64,000 bases of DNA from an uncultured Candidatus Saccharibacteria bacterium. Its GTDB lineage: Bacteria > Patescibacteriota > Saccharimonadia > Saccharimonadales > SZUA-47. The position numbers were made by a program, and so were the translations under genes. The notes beneath the pieces are model-generated. The model was not told the origin of the DNA and did no database searches. It saw only the letters and a program-made list of their open reading frames with translations. Location of the stretch: assembly GCA_964536485.1 (NCBI GenBank), contig CAZHXX010000006.1, forward strand, positions 6,777-70,776, in the 5' to 3' direction. Below, one piece after another: positions 28,032 to 36,269 of the stretch (positions within the stretch are counted from its first letter, which is position 1; the number at the start of each line of letters is the position of its first letter).

Positions 28032-30359
28032 TTATAATCGACTCAACTTAAACTGCGTGTACCGCTCAGCGGCCAATCGGGTCAGTTCTGGGTCTTCGTC
28101 TTCGTTTACAAACTTCATAGCTTCACCCAAAAGTGGGTGCTTGCTGGCAAGTACCTCGTGCATTTCACGTACTAATTTACGGTAGCCCGGGTGGCCATGT
28201 GGCGTGGTGCGGAGTTCGTGGAAGTGGAAGGCTTGGCGAGCATTATAGGTAATCTTCCAGCGCATTTTATGCCCGAGTAAGGTTGCGTATTGGGCCTCTT
28301 TTTCGTAGCCAGCAGCTACTAAAATGCTGTGGAGTTTAAGGCTCATATCAAAACAATGCTGGAATTGTTCGGTAAGGCCAGCTCGGTCCACAAGCTCGGG
28401 GACATCATAGCCGTAACGTGGGGTCAAATCTTGCCAGGTTAGGTCGTCAACCAAGCGGTGTCTTTGCAAATCTCTAAAAATACCATAATCACACACCAAG
28501 TCCCAGCTGTAGTGAGCTTTTTCAAGCGCTCTACCTGGTTTGTGTCGTCTGTTGAGGCGCTCACCCATATAAGCGTGAAACACTTCAGCCTTTTCATCAT
28601 ACGACCATGTTTCAACCGCGCTCTGTATTTCGCGTAAGCTCATGGTGCTGTGTTCGTACAGCATGTCAGCCACCAAATCGAGCTCATTCTTTGGCCAGTA
28701 GCTGACGAGGTCGACAGCTTTCTGGCTCGATGAATTCATAGACGGTAACATAGTGTCGGCAAGTTGTTTCACCGCATCGCGTGTATTTGCTCGGTAGGCA
28801 ATGTTCGCACCACCCCGTTCCGGCTTGTCGGCTCTCTCTAAGAAAGTTGGCATAACCTTACGAGATTCACGCAACAGTTTTTCACCAGTCTCGCGCGCTT
28901 CTGGGAGCTCGTCCGCTAGCAAGTGCATAATCAGGCTTTCAAGAGCCTGTCCAGAGGCAAAAATTCCCACAGTAGCCTTTGTTGATACAGGCAACACTGC
29001 CCGAACAGCATCGCATGCTTGGGCCCGAGTTGCTCCTTGCCACGCAATATCCCGCTCAGCTTTTGGCGTGGTTGACTCTGCACGCACAAAGTCGGTGAGT
29101 TTGTGCACCATATCAGAGTAGGTATCAAAAATCTGGTCGGTAATGTCTACATACATTTTCTTTGTCTTGTCGTCAAAATGTTGCGGCACCACATAGCGGT
29201 AAGCACCATTTTCATCACGCTGGTCAAAGTAAATGTAGCGCGTTGACTGCTCAAGATAGGCAGCCAGTCGTCCCCATTCAAGCTTTTTGGTAAGCAAATT
29301 GCTCGCTCCTTCCACCACGACATGTTGCCCGACGAGCTGCTGGACAGAATCGTCCCCATAAGCAGTAATAACTCTTTGCAAGAGCTTTTCGTCTTTTCGT
29401 GTTGCCGCCCCAGCAAACTCATCCAAAATAGTAATGCGCATGTCATCTGCACGCCTACTCAAACGAGCCATAGCAGCCGCAATCGTAATCGGGCTCATCT
29501 TGTCGCTAAAAGCATACACATTGCCTTCGGTATCGGTTACGGACTCAGACAGGTACTGCTTGCCCGCCTCAGTCATGACAGTTTGGCCGTCTTTATTTTT
29601 TGCCACGTATGGTTCATGTATATCAACACCGCGGGTAACCGTCCCTTTTTCAGCTGAACCTGCCGGTGGCAGAAGTGGCTCTATGTCACCCCATAAGAGT
29701 TCATGCACTTGTTCCACAGTAAGCAAGTTTTTGTTACGCACACAGTCGATTCGTATAAAATCCTTCGGAAACAGTGCACACAAATCATCATACACATCAA
29801 CAGATCGGCGTAAGTGGTCCGCGTCGGCCTCATGAATATCGCTCGAACGTTCAGGGTTCTGGCTCGCTCGCTCGTCAAGCAGTCGTTTACTGGTTTCCGC
29901 ATCAACTCGCAACACAAAGCTTGCAGTAGGTCGTGGGATGGCAAGCATCTGGTATTCGAGGTTATCGAGCCAGATAAAGTATCCACGTCGCTCTTCAGGG
30001 TGCGCAAATTTTGTGCCTTGATGTGCCATATTGCTTCCAGTAAAGCGGTTTGCCAGCACTATCTTTCCTTCAAGTAATGAGCGTTGAATCGCCTCACGCG
30101 CAGAGAAGCGGTCTAGTGCATAAAAGACGCTTGCCGTGTAAGGCCCTACTTGGTCAGCCTGCCCATAGTTGCCTTTCAAATATTCGCGCACATAAAAGCT
30201 TGAATCCAAATCATATTGTGGAAAATCAAAGGTGACGACATCATAACCCTCGCTTGCTAGTCGCTTTGCAAGCTTTTGGAACTGCGTCGTCTTACCCGAA
30301 GCATCAGTTCCTTCTATGACAAAAAACCGCCCACTCGTATTATGCTGCTTCACTGGCAA
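28032..30359 (-). CDS. fusion protein: thymidylate kinase plus tandem-domain FAD-dependent thymidylate synthase (ThyX-like)
   Basis: N-term 'FFVIEGTDASGKTTQF', 'LDRF' (Tmk). Then two ThyX-like repeats: 'GDDSVQQL..QHVVVEGASNLL...EQSTRY' and 'YSWDLVCDYGIFRDLQRHRLV...TPRY'. Confidence 0.8.
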   Translation of the reverse strand: MPVKQHNTSGRFFVIEGTDASGKTTQFQKLAKRLASEGYDVVTFDFPQYDLDSSFYVREYLKGNYGQADQVGPYTASVFYALDRFSAREAIQRSLLEGKIVLANRFTGSNMAHQGTKFAHPEERRGYFIWLDNLEYQMLAIPRPTASFVLRVDAETSKRLLDERASQNPERSSDIHEADADHLRRSVDVYDDLCALFPKDFIRIDCVRNKNLLTVEQVHELLWGDIEPLLPPAGSAEKGTVTRGVDIHEPYVAKNKDGQTVMTEAGKQYLSESVTDTEGNVYAFSDKMSPITIAAAMARLSRRADDMRITILDEFAGAATRKDEKLLQRVITAYGDDSVQQLVGQHVVVEGASNLLTKKLEWGRLAAYLEQSTRYIYFDQRDENGAYRYVVPQHFDDKTKKMYVDITDQIFDTYSDMVHKLTDFVRAESTTPKAERDIAWQGATRAQACDAVRAVLPVSTKATVGIFASGQALESLIMHLLADELPEARETGEKLLRESRKVMPTFLERADKPERGGANIAYRANTRDAVKQLADTMLPSMNSSSQKAVDLVSYWPKNELDLVADMLYEHSTMSLREIQSAVETWSYDEKAEVFHAYMGERLNRRHKPGRALEKAHYSWDLVCDYGIFRDLQRHRLVDDLTWQDLTPRYGYDVPELVDRAGLTEQFQHCFDMSLKLHSILVAAGYEKEAQYATLLGHKMRWKITYNARQAFHFHELRTTPHGHPGYRKLVREMHEVLASKHPLLGEAMKFVNEDEDPELTRLAAERYTQFKLSRL

Positions 30360-31167
30360 ATAGCTCCTCTCTTGATATATCGTAGCTTCTACAAATTTGG
30401 CCTACTGCTGTTTGACTAATGTGGGTTACTCTCTCAGCATCGAGTAGCCAGCTTGAAACTCTTTCAATAATTGGAAAATGTCTTCCCACAACACGTCGTG
30501 CCATCAATCGCGACTGGGATCTTTCAGTGTCGGTGAGGCCATCAGTTTCAAAAGCCGCAGTTGCTGCACGCAAGCCACTGTGTAAATAGCCTATTCTCTC
30601 GCCAATATCCCATACTCTAGCAAGATATCGTTGAGATGCTTGCTCGCTCGTAAATAAATCCACAAACCTAAAATACCTACGAGTACCCTCAGAGTCTCCG
30701 TACATCTCTCTATGAATTGCCTTCCACAGCGCTTGCTCCTGCTCTTTGTTCTCGGCCGTATTCTGTCTATGAGGTACATCGCGATCGGTATTTTGAGTTC
30801 GAGCATGCTCTCCTTCATGATCGTCGTGTTGAACGTGATAAGCAACATAATGATCGCCAACTCCATTATCAAAAAGCGTACTTTTAGACGCGAGTTGCGC
30901 TGTCACTAATGGAATTGCGACGGTGCGCGCTTGGTATGACCCGTGCGCGACGGGGTCTACGTCTGGTCCAAAAAACTCTGCAAACTTTTCAAGATCTGGC
31001 CACCAGTAGGTTGAAAAGCGTGGCTTTAATGCTCTCTGCGCATCAGCGTAAGGTGAATCTAAAAATTTTGCGCGCAAATCATCAATTGAATATACTCCCC
31101 CATAAACTTGGAGTTCACGCTCTAAGGGATGGTCAACGGGTGCATTTTCAAAACTTCGGCTCATCAT
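30340..31167 (-). CDS. hypothetical protein (operon member, unknown function)
   Basis: 275-aa ORF overlapping dcd (4 nt) and tmk-thyX (20 nt). Confidence 0.6.
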   Translation of the reverse strand: MMSRSFENAPVDHPLERELQVYGGVYSIDDLRAKFLDSPYADAQRALKPRFSTYWWPDLEKFAEFFGPDVDPVAHGSYQARTVAIPLVTAQLASKSTLFDNGVGDHYVAYHVQHDDHEGEHARTQNTDRDVPHRQNTAENKEQEQALWKAIHREMYGDSEGTRRYFRFVDLFTSEQASQRYLARVWDIGERIGYLHSGLRAATAAFETDGLTDTERSQSRLMARRVVGRHFPIIERVSSWLLDAERVTHISQTAVGQICRSYDISREELFASEAA

Positions 31168-31916
31168 AATGGCAATGGTTTCCTTCTCGAATCTTTATAT
31201 CCGCGCGGCAACATGTGTTCTGGACGCCATTCCTGCATCAATTTCGGCAAATCTGCGTCAGTCCCTGTCTGGTATTTGCCGCTAATCTTCTTATACTGTC
31301 CCTCAACTGGACCAGTGTGATAAAACACAATTTGTGCAATTCGCTCGCCCACAGGCAATACCACGCTATGGTGCTGGTTCATGTTATAAATCTCCATCGT
31401 CCAGCGGTTGATGTAGCCTGGGTCGCCCCAGCCTGCATCAAGACACACCGCCACACCGTTTCGGCCCCAAGTGCTACGTGCTTGCATGGTGCTAGTTCCG
31501 GGTGCCTTTATGCCAATAAACTCATGCGTATGCGCCAGAATGCGCTCACCCGGGGCGAGTACAATGATGGGCTGGTCGGCAGGTATGCCCGCAAACAGTT
31601 TTCGGCCGTTCGCCTCTGCCCACAATTCATGCGTTTCCGCAGAAAATGGCCCATCAAAATATTTATGTACATCACCCTCGTCAAAAGGATTATAAAAGCC
31701 TCCATTGGTATTACGCTCAGTTCGGAAATACCAATGTCCAAGCGTTACGTCAACGCTACTCCCAGCAATATGTTCTTCAATATAGGGATGAAACACAATA
31801 TGACCGCGCTCTATTGCGGCTTTTATCTGTGTATTGCTGTACACGCCAGCAGTATCTGCCCCTTGGGTTGGTGGCATCTGTGGTGGCATGAAAGCTTGCG
31901 AGCTCCCCTCATCCAT
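31164..31916 (-). CDS. dcd: dCTP deaminase family protein (dcd/dut superfamily) with N-terminal extension
   Basis: 'IKAAIERGHIVFHPY...IAGSSVDVTLG', 'GWGDPGY.N.WT.EI.N' typical of dCTP deaminases; 250 aa. Confidence 0.8.
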   Translation of the reverse strand: MDEGSSQAFMPPQMPPTQGADTAGVYSNTQIKAAIERGHIVFHPYIEEHIAGSSVDVTLGHWYFRTERNTNGGFYNPFDEGDVHKYFDGPFSAETHELWAEANGRKLFAGIPADQPIIVLAPGERILAHTHEFIGIKAPGTSTMQARSTWGRNGVAVCLDAGWGDPGYINRWTMEIYNMNQHHSVVLPVGERIAQIVFYHTGPVEGQYKKISGKYQTGTDADLPKLMQEWRPEHMLPRGYKDSRRKPLPL

Positions 31917-31982
31917 AGCTCTTAGTGTAGAGGCAGAGACTTGTCAACATCAAGCATAAGTGGTAAAAAAACGAAGTAGTTT

Positions 31983-32462
31983 TTACATATGGTGGGTATA
32001 AATCCACTCACAAATATCCAGAACAGACCCATCAAGAACTTCATCGGCAAACATCTTCCGGATTTCTTCAATCGTAAACCACCCAATTTGTGCCGACTCA
32101 CCCTTTGCTGGCTGTAGCTTCTCAGCCTTTGACTTAATAATATACGGCATGTCGATGTGCTTATGTGGTGTATCGCCGTAGTTGTAGATGATAACACTGA
32201 AGGGGCTAGGAATAACTCTGGCTGTCCGTGGCGAAGGACCCTTAGCCGTTTCCAGAATCTCATACTCTCCTGGCTGTAAGCCAGCTTCTTCTGCTAGCTC
32301 ACGCGCGAGCGCCTCCATAGGCTCTTCATCGAGTTCTATATGGCCTCCAAGTTGGTTCCAAAACCCCAGTTTCTTATGAAAATGCAAGCAAAACTTCTTC
32401 TCTGTCGGGTGCAAGATAAAGAAGCTTACCGTAAAATCATACAGCTCGTGGATATGCGCCAT
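31983..32462 (-). CDS. NUDIX hydrolase
   Basis: Perfect Nudix box 'GGHIELDEEPMEALARELAEEAGL' (GX5EX7REUXEEXGU). Confidence 0.85.
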   Translation of the reverse strand: MAHIHELYDFTVSFFILHPTEKKFCLHFHKKLGFWNQLGGHIELDEEPMEALARELAEEAGLQPGEYEILETAKGPSPRTARVIPSPFSVIIYNYGDTPHKHIDMPYIIKSKAEKLQPAKGESAQIGWFTIEEIRKMFADEVLDGSVLDICEWIYTHHM

Positions 32463-32685
32463 AGTATTCTCCTGGTTCGTATCTTCTCATATAAAGTCCA
32501 AGCACAATGTTTGTCTCTACTGCCAGCCTATTGTCAGGCATCTCTGAGGCTTGCGCGTACAAAAGTTCTTGAGCATCAGCTAATGGCACCCAAACACCCT
32601 CTCCTCTAAAATAATTAAAATTACGTTTTAAGGTGTAGTCCTCAGACGGATGCCTAGGCCGTACAAACATAGGGATGGACGTCAC
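32437..32685 (-). CDS. hypothetical ORF; same frame as the upstream 125-aa ORF, separated by one TAA
   Basis: 82-aa ORF with GTG start; see finding on the in-frame stop. Confidence 0.35.
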   Translation of the reverse strand: MTSIPMFVRPRHPSEDYTLKRNFNYFRGEGVWVPLADAQELLYAQASEMPDNRLAVETNIVLGLYMRRYEPGEYYGAYPRAV

Positions 32686-32724
32686 ATTTACTGTCTGAGT
32701 TGGGGTATCTGCTGCATAGGATTT

Positions 32725-33102
32725 TTAGACGCCAACTGGTCGTATGTATGCACCTCCAACCCCTGCGCTAGTATCTTGCCGGAACATGCGTTCTCTCATG
32801 TGGCGTTTCACGAGTGCGCTAAGTGTTTGGTCAGGAAACACACCATCTCTCTTTACTGCAGGGAGTGTTATGCAGGCATTAGGACTAGGGTCTTTAGAAG
32901 TACGTATATCATGCAATAGTATACGCTTTGTTCTTTTCGTAGTGCCATCATCTCTGTCGGTCGCAACCACCACAAGAGGTAGTCTCAGACGGTGTTTTCT
33001 GCGTGGTAGCGCAGAAGCTCCCTCTTCGGCAACTTGTTGAAATCTCATAAGCAATTCTTCGCCGCCGTGTTGTGGTAATACTTCAAACTCAGTCATAAGC
33101 AA
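32725..33102 (-). CDS. hypothetical protein, degenerate Nudix-like (weak)
   Basis: 125 aa; 'LPAVKRDGVFPDQTLSALVKRHMRERMF' loosely resembles a degraded Nudix box. Confidence 0.45.
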   Translation of the reverse strand: MLMTEFEVLPQHGGEELLMRFQQVAEEGASALPRRKHRLRLPLVVVATDRDDGTTKRTKRILLHDIRTSKDPSPNACITLPAVKRDGVFPDQTLSALVKRHMRERMFRQDTSAGVGGAYIRPVGV

Positions 33103-33114
33103 AGTATACAGTAT

Positions 33115-33675
33115 CTAAGGGCGCGCTCGCCGCAAAAGACATGGGACTAGCACACTTAGAATGATATGGTCTAATTCAGCTTCGGGGGACCCAATACCAC
33201 TTGCAAGCGTCCTCGCCTCGTCGAGGTTTACCCATTGAGTGCCTCTTTTTTCACCCGCAGGTCCAATTGCACTTTCTAAAGCCCTATCGTCAGAAGTAGC
33301 GTTCATAAAAACTCCCATTGGTAGGTGCAAAGTTCTCACAGGCTGTTCTCTACCAGTGACATCAGCAGTCCGAAGATGTCGAGCAGATTCAGTATCAATC
33401 GGCGTTTTTCTTCCACCCTTGAAGGTGTACTTAGCAACCACTCCAGGTATCTGAGAAATATCTCTCAGATTTGTTGTCGGCCATCGAGGGAACTCTTCAT
33501 AAGGGAGCCCAAGTCTTCCAGTAGCTTCATCTGGCATGAGTGCCACTTGGTCATCAAGCGACACAAAAGCTACTGGTACTCGGAGCACCTGTTTCTGGCC
33601 AGCAAAGTCAGGCATACGTGTATGCTCGGAAATCACAACCTCAACTGGCTTTTTAGCCTCATCAATGGCAAACAT
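33115..33675 (-). CDS. hypothetical protein
   Basis: 186-aa ORF starting 18 nt after the rplA stop. Confidence 0.55.
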   Translation of the reverse strand: MFAIDEAKKPVEVVISEHTRMPDFAGQKQVLRVPVAFVSLDDQVALMPDEATGRLGLPYEEFPRWPTTNLRDISQIPGVVAKYTFKGGRKTPIDTESARHLRTADVTGREQPVRTLHLPMGVFMNATSDDRALESAIGPAGEKRGTQWVNLDEARTLASGIGSPEAELDHIILSVLVPCLLRRARP

Positions 33676-33693
33676 AATGGGTGTGTCTAATGC

Positions 33694-34683
33694 TTACAGT
33701 TCAGAGTTTGCAATCTTCACGCTTGGGCCCATAGAGGTTGAAGCATAAAGAGAGATAACGTAGTTGCCCTTGATAGACGCAGGCTTAGCAGCTTTTACTG
33801 CAGTAAACACTGCTTCAACGTTTTGCATAAGTTTATCAGTGCCAAAGCTTACTTTTCCAACGCTCAAGTGCACAATACCACTTTCGTCAACGCGGAGTTC
33901 AACTTTACCAGCCTTAGATTGTTCAATAGCCTTTGCAACGTCTTTAGTGACTGTACCGCTCTTAGGGTTTGGCATAAGGCCTTTTGGCCCAAGAAGTCGT
34001 GCATATTTACCAAGTTTTGGCATGACAGCAGGAGTTGCTACAAGCACATCAAAGTTTACAATGCCTTTTTCAAGCTGTTGCAAGAACTCATCAGCACCAG
34101 CAATGTCGGCACCAGCCTTTTTTGCAACTGCAACATCATCTGCTTCACCAAAGACAGCGACTTTTACATCACGTCCGGTTCCAGCAGGCAGTACAATGTT
34201 CTCACGGATATTTTGGTCGGCATACTTAGGGTCAACACCAAGGCGTAGGTGTAGCTCAACACTGCTGTCAAACTTAGTCGTAGCTGTTTTTGCAGCCAGT
34301 TCAATAGCATCGCGAGTTGAATATTCTTTGCCCTTCTCAACAAGTTCACTTGCTTTTCGGAGCTTCTTACCAGCTCGCTCCAAGCGTGAACGTGCAGGTT
34401 TTTGTGCAGGCTTCTGGATATGTACAGCTTCTTCATTTGCTTCTGCTTTGCGTTCTTCTTTCGCTGCTTTTTCTTCAGCTTCTGCAAGTGCTTTTGCACT
34501 TCTCTTGCCTGCTTTAGCAACAACTGCCTCGTGCTCTTCAGTAGGAAGTGCTTCTTTGTCGTGCTTTTTTGGTTCTGCAGCTGCAATAGCTTCACGGAGC
34601 TCTGCCATCGTGTTATTTGAGTTGACGTGCTCAATGCCAAGAGACTGAGCTTTTTTGATTAAATCGGCCTTTGTTTCAGCCAT
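33694..34683 (-). CDS. rplA: 50S ribosomal protein L1 with ~100-aa N-terminal extension
   Basis: Start moved to ATG 34683 (GGAAGGA SD 7 nt upstream); L1 core begins near 'AGKKLRKASELVEKGKEY...KFDSSVELHLRLGVDPKYADQNIR..IVLPAGTG'. Confidence 0.9.
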   Translation of the reverse strand: MAETKADLIKKAQSLGIEHVNSNNTMAELREAIAAAEPKKHDKEALPTEEHEAVVAKAGKRSAKALAEAEEKAAKEERKAEANEEAVHIQKPAQKPARSRLERAGKKLRKASELVEKGKEYSTRDAIELAAKTATTKFDSSVELHLRLGVDPKYADQNIRENIVLPAGTGRDVKVAVFGEADDVAVAKKAGADIAGADEFLQQLEKGIVNFDVLVATPAVMPKLGKYARLLGPKGLMPNPKSGTVTKDVAKAIEQSKAGKVELRVDESGIVHLSVGKVSFGTDKLMQNVEAVFTAVKAAKPASIKGNYVISLYASTSMGPSVKIANSEL

Positions 34684-34753
34684 GATTGTGTCCTTCCGTG
34701 GTGCAAACGCTGGAGTTTTCTCAACAGCTCCCACAAATTAATAATTAGTACAT

Positions 34754-34782
34754 ATTATAACACGACCGCTCCCCAAAGTGAA
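34754..34782 (-). promoter_or_regulatory. sigma70-like promoter dedicated to rplA
   Basis: Minus strand TTCACT, 17 nt, TATAAT; ~65-nt leader to ATG 34683. Confidence 0.5.
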
Positions 34783-34826
34783 GACCATCTCTCGATAATG
34801 CGCTTGTCTATAGAGCATGGCTACGT

Positions 34827-35195
34827 CTAACCATTTTGTGCAGAATTCTTGAGTAATTCTGTAATATTTTGTGCTATTTCTCGCTCTCGTTTCAACTGCT
34901 CTGGTGGGTATTCGCGTGATACAAATTTTTCTGCATTAGGATCAACTCTTCGGTTTGCTCGGTATAGCTTTCCATAGCCAACCGCATCTATGGTTGCTTC
35001 TGTTGCAGGAGCGACTCGTTGGGTTGCTTGTACCGTAGTCACAGCGACGCTGTTCTGTTCTAAAGCCGAAGCCCCTTCTTGTATATCCGTATTGGAGAAA
35101 TTTTGGGTAACCCAATTTATAGCCTGACGCGCAGTAGAAATTAAACGCTCCAGCCGACTATCAGCTGGAGCGTTAAAAAGAGTTTCAAGACTCAT
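34827..35195 (-). CDS. hypothetical protein inserted between rplK and rplA
   Basis: 122-aa ORF starting 5 nt after the rplK stop. Confidence 0.55.
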   Translation of the reverse strand: MSLETLFNAPADSRLERLISTARQAINWVTQNFSNTDIQEGASALEQNSVAVTTVQATQRVAPATEATIDAVGYGKLYRANRRVDPNAEKFVSREYPPEQLKREREIAQNITELLKNSAQNG

Positions 35196-35200
35196 TATGA

Positions 35201-35632
35201 CTATTGTTCGATTTCAACGCCCATGCTTCGAGCGGTGCCTGCCACCATTTTCTTTACAGACTCGATGCGGTTAGTGTTCATATCGGCAGCTTTTTCTTCT
35301 GCAATCTGTTGCAACTGTGCCTGAGTAAGCTTCTTAGAAACTTTCTCTTTGTTTGGCACGCCAGAACCTTTTGGCACACCAAGAGCCTTCAAAATACGTA
35401 CGTCAGTAGGAGTACTAATAGTTCTCCATGACATGGTGCGGTCTTCGTGAATAAAGATATGAACAGTGATGTCCTGTCCCATGCGGTCTTTGGTTTGTTC
35501 GTTAAATGGGGTGATGAAATCCATCATGTTTACCCCGTATTGTCCAAGGGTAGAACCAACTGGAGGTGCAGCAGATGCTTGTCCTGCTTTTAGTTTCATT
35601 TTTAGTGATGCTTTGATTGGTTTTCCGGCCAT
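35201..35632 (-). CDS. rplK: 50S ribosomal protein L11
   Basis: Track ORF trimmed to ATG 35632: 'MAGKPIKASLKMKLKAGQASAAPPVGSTLGQYGVNMMDF'. Confidence 0.95.
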   Translation of the reverse strand: MAGKPIKASLKMKLKAGQASAAPPVGSTLGQYGVNMMDFITPFNEQTKDRMGQDITVHIFIHEDRTMSWRTISTPTDVRILKALGVPKGSGVPNKEKVSKKLTQAQLQQIAEEKAADMNTNRIESVKKMVAGTARSMGVEIEQ

Positions 35633-35864
35633 AATATTCCGCTTCGCTATTTGAGGACAACCTACGGTTTTCCTCAACGCGCGGGAGAGTCGAATAAATC
35701 GTCTCTTCCGGCTGCTCTTTTCCCTAAGCTGCAAGAGCTACAGGCGAAGCATCCTTTCGATGTCTAAAATTAATAATTGTAAATTGTGTTTGAAGCGTAA
35801 TTTACAAGTGCGTAACTAAACAAATTATACTACAAATCAGATATAAATAAAAGAGCTATCTATA

Positions 35865-36240
35865 TCAACTGACTGCGTGATTGTTACAAACACCAGGACT
35901 CTCATCCACGACGTTTAAGCCATGAATACCCATGCCTCTCAGTAAGAAAGAGGTAGATTCAATAGGATGTGTAGTATCACCAGGCAAAACGCATGCACCA
36001 AGTGGGAGTACTAGATCAGCGTCAATGTCCCTAAAGAGTCTCTGAACATAAGCTAGATTAGCACTTCCTGATTGCCAATACACATCTGTTGGGAACTAAT
36101 CTATTGTGGTTATTTTTAAACCAAGAGCAAGTAAAACAGCTCCATAATAGGGCACATCTATCTGGGGTCGTAATCTTGGGTACTGCTCAAGAGTTATAAT
36201 ATGAGCAGGAGCTCTCCTCCCAACGCTTAATCCTGCAACT
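35865..36240 (-). pseudogene. possible gene remnant (no start codon, internal TAG)
   Basis: Own translation: ...HPVAGLSVGRRAPAHIITLEQYPRLRPQIDVPYYGAVLLALGLKITTID*FPTDVYWQSGSANLAY...; protein-like composition but interrupted. Confidence 0.3.
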
Positions 36241-36269
36241 GGATGTTAGAGCGACTCAGACAAGGCTTC

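Noticed and set aside
31215-31925. 236-aa + strand ORF
   Set aside because: Antisense to the dCTP-deaminase-family gene, with no motifs of its own.
33764-34648. 294-aa + strand ORF (also 34164..34640 and others) over the rplA locus
   Set aside because: Ser/Ala/Phe-rich low-complexity translation, antisense to an unambiguous L1 gene. This is a shadow ORF.
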